Positions 1-12,700 of a stretch of 64,000 nucleotides of DNA are shown here, piece by piece (the stretch's first letter is position 1; each line of letters starts with the position of its first letter). Source of the stretch: Trichoplax adhaerens (taxonomy: Eukaryota > Animalia > Placozoa). A model generated the notes under the pieces. The model saw only the letters and a list, made by a program, of their open reading frames with translations, was not told where the DNA came from and made no database searches. A program made the position numbers and the translations under genes. The DNA is taken from the NCBI RefSeq assembly GCF_000150275.1, contig NW_002060945.1:507872-571871 (forward strand). The letters run 5' to 3'.

Positions 1-1252
1 GTTCATTTAATTATCCTTTAACTCTACGTATTCAATACTGCAATATATCACTACTTTCTTTTCGATAAAGCAAATTCCGTACCAGAAATAGTACATCACA
101 TCCTATTTACTATTCTTCCGTAACAACAAAAATTTATCGGTACAGTACATACATAGTACGTCACTACATTGACGCAGATGCGACGTTATCGTAATATCGT
201 ATACGAATAATAAAAATGAAAAAGCGTTGACGTCGACAGCAGCATTAAACTACCTAAGGTGGAATAATTATAACGCTAGCAATCACCCACGATCCACCGG
301 ATCAACTGGAGCAATTTCTACAGTACCTTACTCTCGATTGATTCAACTGCTCTTTCGGTGAAAGTATTGAGTAGTGCATATTAGATTAACGCGTAAGTAT
401 ACTGCACCAATGCGCCCAATCGCATTTTTTGATATGAATGACTTCTTACTTTACCCTACGACGTTACAAGTCCAAAAATGCAAAAAGGCCGCCTTGGTAC
501 AGTACGTTAATACGGGTGTCACTGTTATTTAATGCAATTAACATCCGAATTGCGCACAAAAAGTTTCGCAAATTACATTACTGTAATAAAAATGATGATA
601 CCACACAGTTGCGAATAATCCATGTCCAAATTCAATGAAATGAAAAGGGGGAAAAAATAGTGACAAACATTCAAAACTAGGCGTTGCTCCTTGTGTAAAA
701 AAAAAAATGCTGAATGTTGTAAATGGACGCTTCTTTGTACGGTACGATACTGCAGTATGCGGGATCCAACTAGGTTATTGTATAGTACCGAAACTAGTAC
801 TACTGTATTGTCAAGAATTAGGGTCACCTTCGATACTGTAACGTCTGCAGGTGTGACAGTCTGTTCGTGTCAAGCGTCTGTAAGCAGACTATACGGTACT
901 ATACTTGACACTAGGGAGGCTTCAGGGTCTATTCTTATTCTGTACACGCTACAAAGTCCGAACCCATACATTATCGAAATGATGTAGAACGATCATACTG
1001 TCGTTCGATTACTGTCATCTTTAGCATTGGAATATTCTACAATATTTAGAAAGCCTCTATTTCGTAGTAACAGGATATCGCGAAATAGATATTCAAGAAT
1101 AGAATATGTATCATACTGGAAAGTACTACGTCTACAATAATCATACTGGTATTGCCGATTCTTAGGCATAAAAATTAAACTCATTCTACTACACAAGGAT
1201 AGTTGTAGTTGCTGTCATGATTTACACATTATTTAAATGCTTGATGGCTAAC

Positions 1253-2527
<1,275 letters not shown>

Positions 2528-2928
2528 CTAATTTGAGAATGGCATATAATAGTTCCAATCAATCATCAGGCGAACGAATTACATTGAATTGAAAAGAATA
2601 GTTTGGTTGAAAGATGGTGAACAAAAAAAGGAATAGTGAATTAATATTCAAAGGAATGAGTAGATTACTAATATTTTATTAAAAAGAAAGGCTTATCCTT
2701 GTTAAATTGGAAGAATTTTAAAAGTTGAATTAGGTTTTGATGCTATACCTGTGAAAAGGATAAAATAAATTAGAACAGCCAGCAATCACACACCAGCAAC
2801 CTAATTCTTATAGCCAGACTTGAGGCAAAGCAACCGATGCAAGAAAAGGTGAGCTAGGAATGGTGGGATGCTTTCCGTCAGTAAAGCCGATCCCATCACA
2901 TGGCTTGGTGATGTCATTGAATTTCAAT

Positions 2929-3330
2929 GTACAATACTATCGTACCGTACTGTAGAGACGCTGAAAGGTGTACTGTACACTGTACTGTACTGTACAGTAC
3001 AGTACAGTACTGTGACACTGACAGTACAATACAGTACTGTACTGTACACTCGAGACCCTAGGCTCTAACTACAGCTTGAGTGATGCAAGATTGGCCACGT
3101 GGCTAAATAAAGGGCATTTGCGACGCACAGCCTGTCTCTTGCCAATGGCGACGTCGACGGCTGACTACGCGTGCGCAAAGCAAGCTGGCGCCACAACACC
3201 ACGCCAAACCACTGTACACGGTAGACTGTAGTACTGTACAGTATGAGCAGTAGGTGCAGTTGTACTTTCTGTATAGTACAGTACAGTACGGCGCTGTCTG
3301 CTGTACTATACTGTACTGTACTGTACTGCT
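2929..3330. repeat. CAGTA/TACTG pentamer tracts (two blocks around a GC-richer core) in the ARF1/RPA3 divergent promoter
   Basis: e.g. tactgtacactgtactgtactgtacagtacagtacagtactgtg at ~2971-3014; second block ~3211-3330. Confidence 0.85.
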
Positions 3331-3537
3331 CAAGGTACCGTAGATGGAATGACCGGGGCAGGGACTTGTTGGAGAATTTTCTATTGAAGCCCAGAGAAAA
3401 ATGGGTTAAGCCGTAACTTCACTGCGAAGATCTCTAAAACTGTATATGGCACACTCGACAGATTTCCTGTACAAAACTGCACGTGCCGAGTAGCAGTGCT
3501 TTTAAAACACTACTATGTACTATACTGCCATTTTTTC

Positions 3538-3669
3538 TTTGGCGGTGACACAGATTTTTCTTTTATCCTCATGACGGTTGGCTGGCGGCAGAGTACAGTA
3601 CATTGTACTGTAAAATACAGTGTACCGTCCTTCTCAGTCTGCTAAATACGGTAAGGCAAAGTTTCGCGG
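3538..3669 (+). promoter_or_regulatory. Two E2F-type sites upstream of RPA3
   Basis: TTTGGCGG at 3538-3545 and TTTCGCGG at 3662-3669, within 160 nt of the RPA3 ATG; RPA subunits are typical E2F/S-phase genes. Confidence 0.45.
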
Positions 3670-3696
3670 TAATCTCCAAAATTGCCATCAACAATC

Positions 3697-5485
3697 ATGG
3701 AGGCTCGACAGAGAGTAAACGGAGCGATGATGAATGCTAACATCGGCAAAGAAGTGTGTATCATTGGCAAGATAGAACAGGTAATAAGAAATTAGATTCA
3801 TATGGAAAGTACAATCTTTACTTGACTGTATAGCAAAGAAGTTTGTATCATTGGCAAGATAGAACAGGTAATAGTAAATTAGATTAATATGGAAGGTACA
3901 ATCTTTACTTTACTTTACTGTATCGCAAAGAAGTTTGCATCATTGGCAAGATAGAACAGGTAATAATAAATTAGATTCATATGGAAAGTACAATCTTTAC
4001 TTTACTTGACTGTATAGCAAAGAAGTTTGCATCATTAGCAAGATAGAACAGGTAATAATAAATTAGATTAATATGGAAAGTACAATCTTTACTGTATAGC
4101 AAAGAAGTTTGCATCATTGGCAAGATACAACAGGTAATAAGAAATTAGATTAATATGGAAAGCACAATCTTTACTTTACTTGACTGTATAGTATTGTAGC
4201 TTATTAGCTTTAGCTGTAGTCATTTTAATTTCAAATTTGTTAGTCAATAGATTCTGTTCTTGCAAGCATTGACCTATGGGTAAGCTTGTACCAGCATGCA
4301 TACCAAGGATTACTTGCTATGCTTGATTGTTGTAAAACCTTCTATCTAGTACTAAATGATCATTTGGTACTAAACTGTACTGTAATTCAAAGGAATAGGT
4401 GAAGGGGAGAAATAATGGGTAGAACGTTGTGCCTGTTTGACCCTCAAAATAGCCATCAAGTCATTGTTATTAGTTTTGTCGTGCACTCAAGTAGATCCAC
4501 GATCGATGGATGGATCTAATTACTACAGCTTTAAGCTAAAAATGAGCATGAAGCGGACTGGCAGATCTGGACATAGTACATGGCTATCGCTCCTCTCTGT
4601 GCACTCTACTATATATGTATTCTTGCGATAAAGATATTACATTAACTAAATTCGATCGTAGATTGCATGACCTGGTAATGTTGAACATTGAGCTTGCAGT
4701 GATTGCAGCAAATAAGATGTAACCTGTACAGTACTGTGGATCGATTTGCGCCTACAAATTACAATGAATGATTCACAGTTGCCTACTGTATCATTTAAGA
4801 TCAGCATTGGATGTAAAGGATATCTTCTTTGGACCAATCTAATATTATATTATTATTCTAGGTCATTGAAGGAACAAGTATTAGGCTGTCTTGTTCCGAC
4901 GGCAAACTTGTAACCGTTAGCTTTATCGAGCCTGTAAGTAAATCATTCCATAGAGTAGCACAATTCTATCAATGAATTCATTTATGCGATAATTGATGTT
5001 ACCAAACTTACTCTTGTCTGTAGTTGTTACAATGCAATATCTATCCATGCATGGATAATCTATATATCTTTACAATATATTGTTCTAGTTCATAATGTCT
5101 AACGTACGTAACATAATATGATCCATTCTTATGTCAATCCATGTGCGTTAGTTAAAAGACAATACAGGTATCGTTGAAATAGTTGGAAAAGTAGAAAGTA
5201 ATGGTAATGTAACCGGCCACTCAATCGTTTATCTGAATGGCAAGACACAATTTGGTAATGTACAAATTAAATTAATGCATATTTTCTATTCAAGATAATT
5301 ATATTAATGCGAGTACATCATAGGCGTATATATACACGTTTACATCTTCGTAGCATTAAGTTAGCAATTAGCATGAATGACCGACATTTCTACTTGCTAA
5401 TCTAATCTTTTAAATATCCACCGCAGATCTGGCTGTGTATAATGAAGCAATCAGTGTTGCTGTTAAGTATCCAGACCTATTCTAA
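3697..5485 (+). CDS. RPA3: Replication protein A 14 kDa subunit; exons 3697-3780, 4862-4933, 5152-5254, 5427-5485
   Basis: MEARQRVNGAMMNANIGKEVCIIGKIEQ|VIEGTSIRLSCSDGKLVTVSFIEP|LKDNTGIVEIVGKVESNGNVTGHSIVYLNGKTQF|DLAVYNEAISVAVKYPDLF*. RPA3-type OB-fold motifs (RVN, VCxxG, GIVEIVGKV, FDLxxYNEA); AATAAA near 5854. Confidence 0.9.
3746..4190 (+). repeat. Five tandem copies (87, 92, 92, 82, 92 bp) of the RPA3 exon1 3' end plus the start of intron 1
   Basis: Units start at 3746, 3833, 3925, 4017 and 4099 (gcaaagaagtttgtatcattggcaagatagaacagGTAATA...). Lengths differ by 5-bp tttac units. Confidence 0.95.
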
Positions 5486-6796
5486 AATCTTACGTCAGGA
5501 TTGGGATGTTGTCATTATTATGAATTAAATTATATAGGCAATTACTGTAACTTTGAATATGCTATCATGAACGAGAATAACATCAGTAGTGATTCTATGA
5601 TTCAATAATTGTTTACAGAATATTTCGATTGATACTACATGTAATGTATTGTAAAGTTCGTCAAACTACATCGTTTTGCTTTAAATATCGGATTATCCGA
5701 TATTGTACTTGTCCTATCTAGTACCACCACAGTATTTAGCAGTACTAATTATAATAACTGAGATCTGATGTAGATTAAGGCTCCTTCACATCTATATTGT
5801 TACTACTACATGTTGTACTTATAAAATTACTTCCTTTTGTACTACATAACAGAAATAAAAAACCATAAAATTTTCAGAAACTGCGTGTTAAGAAAATATG
5901 GTCTTCAATAAATTAACTTAAAAATAGCCAGTTGTCGGTAATCTGCTGTAGGAAGTATATTCGAAGTTTCTTCGAACCACTATTGTTACTCTGTATATCA
6001 GCTTTCTTACGTTATGCTCCGTCAGAGATAAAAGAAAAATCTTTTTATCTTTATAATGCTATCTGAGCATTACAGTGATATAAGATGCATGATAATATAC
6101 TTTGGAATAGAATGAGCCGCGATTTTTGCCGAAAATTTTGAATAATTGAATATATGGACTATTGTCCACATTTTGTCTTTTTACGTACGTATAGTACCAT
6201 ATCTACCTATTGTAGAAAGTAGCTAGAGTTCTAAATCATCAAATAATAACTTACTGATTACTTTTATCTCTGATTTATACTGCTAATTAATTAGATAAAA
6301 TAAGATGTGATCGTGCAGCTTCGGGAACTTAAAATTATAACATCATACCGGTATAATCTATGCGAACATACAAGCAGATTTAAAGATGTACTTCAATACA
6401 AACCCAGTTAGTCTATTTTGACATGTCATTAGTTGGCATATCCATGCATAATGAAGTGGTAATCATGTAAAAAATTTTGAATATTAAAGTATGTCAATCG
6501 TCAAATTTCCAGAGCAAGAGTCAATTGCCTAGACAGTAATTAGCGTAAATCAATTCAATCCGATTATTTCATCTTTATTTAATGCAGTAAATGTAATTCG
6601 AACGGTACAAATAATAGAATTTTTTCTGGTAATATTCGTAAATATAGCGTTGAACTATTAAAGATCAAGTTCCTATAAATACAATCGATACTGTATAATA
6701 TTATAAACCTTCAAATCGGAAAATTCTTCTATCTTTCAGTATGCATCATTAATACCCTTCAATTTTGGGTAAAATAACAATTACTATAGTACACTT

Positions 6797-9700
6797 TTAA
6801 ACTTGATCACACATTTTTATGGCAAAAAAAGATGAATCTCTCGCAGAGCAGCTGCAATTGCAGTCTTGAACTGGACATTCATTGTGATTCCTAAATAATA
6901 GTCAATTAAATTGAAGTTATTATAATTAGTTACTGTGAATCAAGCTACTAAATAACTTTAATCTCGATGGGCAGTAGATCAAGGCTAAATGAAAGCTTCG
7001 AGTCTTTAAACTTACGCAAACCAACTCTCCATGTGTGTTGCGTGCCCGCCATGTCGGCAACTTTGGCACCATGAAAACCATGAATTAAATCTTTTCTTTG
7101 GATACATCACTTTGCCCCCATCAACATCTATATCAGTATGAGACCCAAAAAACATAACTAGGAAATCGTAATTTATGTTAATATTACTTTTGAGAGTAGG
7201 AAAGTGAGTACATATTATAAGATATTACGTATATTTGCTGATTTTGTATCATTGGGTAAACGATCGATATCAAGACACATATTCCGCAAGCAAATTGCAC
7301 ACTTCGGGAGAGCTTTCCCACAATTGCGACACCTGTCAAACTATTTAGTAAAAATACGCACGTTAGCTACAGTAATGGTACTATGCCGAAATAGTTACAC
7401 GTCACAAGCAGTAACAACATTAATAAAGGGTAATGATATGTTCTAATATGACTAAAAAGAAAATCTACCCTCCTTACGTACAGATGCATTTTTGATCTGT
7501 TTTTGTAAAGCAATAGGAATTCTTGGTACGTATTTGGCATTAGGAGAAGTAAAATCTTTTAACAGAATATTGAATAAATATTAACAGCAAACTGGGTATC
7601 AAAAATATATTACGCCATCATTTACTCGATGATGATATTTTTAATCGAAACTCTTGAGTTTTAAAGCAAATTCAAATAAGCTACAATAAGTATCGCAAGT
7701 TGTTTAAAATTACCACTGGCTGTCAAATTAATTGGCTTAGAGCAGTTATTACAACTAAGAAAGGCGGTTTGAGGCGGTGGCGTTGTGTGTCTATTACGCT
7801 TACGTAAAATATCCAGTTTGCATCTAGTAATGCAAAATATACAGTACAAAGAACCAAAACATTAACTAGATGTAGCGGAATTACAAAAATCAATGAAAAA
7901 CTTTTTTGGTTAAGAATCACACAATTAAAAACCTATAATGCCATAGCTCCAATCTATCGAGGAATTCTCGATAACTAAAAGGAAAAAGTACGAATAAATT
8001 AGAGCTAACTTAATAAAATTATTAAGTGAAAGCTAATAGACGCAATTTGCTCAGGGTCGATACAACTCAATGATTTATATTACAAAATTAAATGCAGCAT
8101 CTAGAGCAACGAACATACGTTGCTATATTATATTTTACACGTGAATACCTTTCAATCCAAGATAAAACTCTTTCATTATTGGATATTGCACTAGGAATTC
8201 CATGGATAACAGCAAGGCTAGCGGTTTGAATATCACCCGTCTATTGTTTTGTCGCGAAATCGAGAAAAGGAATTAACTAGGTGAGAACTTATATGCTTAA
8301 TAAGTCCGGCTTAAAACATTTACGACTAAAGTGGAAACTATGAATATAAACGATTATTATAATCATTTAAGTAAGGAGGCGTGTTTCTTACCGACGATTG
8401 ATTAACTAACTTATCGTGAAATCTTTTGGGATACAAATACTACAGTTGACTTCATAACAACTAGCATACCTTATCAACGAATTTTTGTAACAATTTTAAA
8501 CCGTCAGTTGTAAATCCTGAAATCAGAAAAATACATCAATTGTAGAATAGGTCTACAGATATTAGATGAAAGCAAATACACATAATATAATACTACCGGT
8601 CAAAATAATCCCTTCCAGGTTACCGGTACTGATAACTTCGTAAGTTAATGGGGCAACATAATTTTGCAGCTAATCATTCCATTCAGAAATTAAATCGTTT
8701 AATAGTACAGAAAATGAGTAAAGAAAGTATCGATATTCATGTACAAAAAGTAATCAAATCATTACCGTTTCATCGTCTAAGAACATGCATGCGAAGGCAA
8801 TTCTATCGCGCAGTTGTAGGTCAGGTTCAGTCTGAATGGTATTAAATAATATTGTTTAAAGTTATCATGGCAAAATTATTGGGCACTACAATATATTCAC
8901 TACTCTGTATTAGGTATATATATATACGACCAATGCGACCATACGAACCCAAATAACATCATCGAATTTTCCGTCATCATAGCTCGTAATAAATGCAAAC
9001 GCAGCCCTCAAGTACGGATGTAAGAGCTATTTGAAATGACGAAAATGTAAGATTAGAAAAGAATTGAAGTAAATTTTGAATGGTATGTGAGTCATACATA
9101 ATATCGATGAAGAGTATATGCTTTCAACAACTTTCTCGTCTATGTAGCTAGTTTACCATTACCGATATTGAATTTTATTCATGATATATTTAAGATTACA
9201 ACAATAGATACTACCATCGATCTGTAATCGTTACACATTTTAGTCCAAAATGCTCGTTTATCATTAGTGTAACCAGACAATGCCATAGCCACCAAATGCA
9301 GGTTACTTTTTGATTCTAATTGTAGTTATGACGATGTAATAATGAATAATTTGCTTGTAATATTTACGCAATAGTTAATCATGATATAATAATAAATATT
9401 AAGCTTCATGTTACCTTCCCTAGCATCCCGTATCATTGCTCCCCTACTTAAGGTTTCCACAGCTGTTTTCATATCCAAATTAAACAAAGAAATTGCTGCC
9501 GCTCTTTCAAATTCATCATTTGCTTCAAGTCTTGATTACATATTGTACGTAATGTTGAACGTTATCATTGTATTGCATTCAGTATCGATCGTGTAAGGTG
9601 TTACAACTTACAAGTACCACAAGTGCTATACCTAGATAAATACTCTTTCCTATTTTTAGCACTATCAGAAAATCCCCAATTACATAATTTCATAGCTAAA

Positions 9701-12700
9701 CTCCTAGAATTAAGTAAACAATTTAAGCTACCATATTAGCACATACGAGTAATCTGTTTACTAGTTTTAAATTAAAAGCGTAATAATTGCTGAAAGATAA
9801 AATTTATCACAGAAAGGCTATAATAAAGTCGATAATAATTCTGCTTCAGCTACTGTTCTCATAATTACCTGCAACTACTAGTATATCTTTTAACTTTTGG
9901 TCTACTCCCCGCGTCTGGTTTAACCATTACTGACTTCTCGGTTTGGTTAGAGTGAACTAACGCAAAGCAAATATATAAGGTGTATAATTAATTAATTAAC
10001 TCTTTACTTTAATTGATATCCTGAATTTGTAATCGTAAATTGTAATCGTTAGCTATGACGTTAGCTAATATAACCGTCAGGATATCACCGAACTTATTTA
10101 CCTTTTTTATTCGAAAATTCTCGATTTATAATAGAGTTAACTCCTTCAAACCGATAATCTTTTCTAAGTTCACCTATACGAGTTTTGGATGCATAATTGA
10201 ATTGCATTACTAGTTTTAACAAAACCGAATAGCATCAACTATATAAAATAATCAATCACGCAAAACAAGCACTGGAGTTCCTGAAGATTGCTGTAGTAAT
10301 CTATTTTTTATGAGATTTTCGCGGCTATTATATCAACCTTCATTTATTAGTGATTTAACATTTAGAAAATGTTAAGGCAAAAATGCGGTATAGCGATTTT
10401 ATGCTTCTAAGTAAAATGGGAAAAGTAAATAGTGGTTCTAATCATGTTTAAAGATATGTTTAATCCACGACCAAAATGTCTTGAGATCTCGTTCATCGCA
10501 AATATTTTCAACATCTATCAATGATTCCTAAATATTTAAAGAAAGAATGTCACTTTACATATAATAGCCTATTATTAATTATGTTAGTGGGTAGTATCTT
10601 GCTTATCTTACAAATAAGCCGTAATCCTTGCATGCTCGGTTATTCATCTTGGTTGCTATATCACTGGATACGAAATTTAAATACTATTGCGGTAGTAATA
10701 AAATGATAAGAAACAAATTAAGAAATGAATTTTAATCGACATTTATGGGATCTAATTACTATATTCTAACAGTATTACTTACTGCCGCTCCTTTAGGCTT
10801 CTTTTTTTCTATATTATCACAGATGAACTCATTATTGGGTGACCATGACTTATAAAGAAGTATATAATGACATATTAGAGAATAGGTATCATCTAAAGGT
10901 ATGCGCGGTACAATTCTACAGTCACTGCATTATCGATTCCGTTACATTCTCATCAATCGTTTAATCTATATATTGCATTCCATAAGTTTACGAAAAAGCA
11001 AATTTCTCAGATGACAATCTTTAGGAAAATTTTATGCAAGTATTTTATAATATAATATAATGCAGTTGCTATCACTTACCATTGGAATCAATCTGTTGAT
11101 ATCAACACTTTTAAGATATCCTGAGTAATGCAAAAGCGATTAAGCTATAAGTTAACTAGTATAAATATACGCCGTACAACCACCCAACTAAAGTTATATT
11201 GTATAACTGCTACTCTATTGTCGTAATTGATAATCATTAGGATCTCATTACATTTCAAGAACATAGAAGTCCGCCATACTCACCTTTGTTATCAATAGCT
11301 AATAAGTAACTATTAAACTCAGCATGTCTACAAAACGAAGCCGATGCAATAGAACTTACTAGAATGGTAACACAAATCAAAAATAAGAAGTTAATAATTT
11401 TTCTACTATATTTTACCAATATGTTTTATGAGATTTTACTTTAAAAATCTCTGAAACTGTTCTAGAAATCAATGATTATTGTGCTTTCGCATTATTAAAG
11501 AATTAGTACCCTACAAGAGCTGAAAATGATTCTACACTCAGTTGAAAGAATTGCTACTCACATTGTGTAGTTTTTTCGTAGGTATCATAATGTACACCTT
11601 TTTCTAGAATGTTTACGCTTTTAGATTTCATTTCTAACAATATTAAATAATAGCAACTTAACAGAACTGGATATCAAGAAAGATAAACCAATCTAAAGTA
11701 TATTAGTACGAGGTACGGTAATAGATATTAAGCCAATTTACCTTCCCAAGAGCTGCATAAATCATGAACTTTAACAACAGAGCTATCCTTTAAAAACACT
11801 GCAAAGGAATTTTTCCTATATCCAATTAAATATAGGGATATTAATGAAATCTTTTTCCATACGATTTTACAAGTTTAAGATAATACCTGGAAGGACACCA
11901 CTGAAGACTTGAAATCGGCGCGCCAACATTCCAAGAACAAAAGTGCATAGAATTAAGGAAAATTCCTTAATGACGTGATTATAATAATATTGTGACTTTT
12001 GAATTAAGAAACTTATATAACAGGATATAGCACTCGTAGTTTTCCTTAAATCCACTATTTCAATTGTGCTCTGTAGCGCATCCAACAAATCCCCATAAGA
12101 ATTAGCAATTAGTACAAATTTCAGTTAAGAAAATCATGCAACCAAGCATGATCAAACAGTAGGGAAATTTTTAATGTAACATACGTCATTATAACCCATA
12201 ACATAATTTGATGAGAATGGATCTGCGACGATTCCATTAGTTGCTTTACTGCTTATAATTGTTGGCGTACGAGGATTTTCTGTATCACAATTAGTCAACG
12301 GTCAGTAAAACATTGCAAAAAATTGTTAATTACTTAATGATAAGTAATAAGTAATTGCTGGTTAAAGGTTACAACAGTTCCTAATGTATACAGCTTACCT
12401 TTTATGTCGAATAATTTCATTTTTGACCCTATTCCTGCAATAAAATTTTTATCTCCGTTTTGAAATTTTGGAAGCCAACAGAATGAATCGACAAATTCTC
12501 CGTTGGCTTTTCATGAAAGAGAACATTATTTCCTTAAATTTAGCTCATCAAGGGAAAACTAATACATAAAATTATGAATATCCTCCAACACACTTAAAAC
12601 TATGAATTAAATTACCGCAATCAAAAATAATTCCCTTGAATGTATCTGCATTTGATCTAGAAATTAAAACAGTTTTAAGTATCATGATTATGTCAGTAAG

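Noticed and set aside
1-1252. ARF1 as a truncated pseudogene
   Set aside because: The three visible exons and their splice sites are intact; the last exon most likely lies beyond the window edge.
3746-4190. CRISPR-like array
   Set aside because: Whole units repeat with no unique spacers, the context is eukaryotic and there are no cas genes; it is a tandem duplication.
11867-12088. ORF 11867-12088 as one continuous MIOS exon
   Set aside because: Similarity to MIOS switches frame midway, which the 86-nt AT-AC intron explains.
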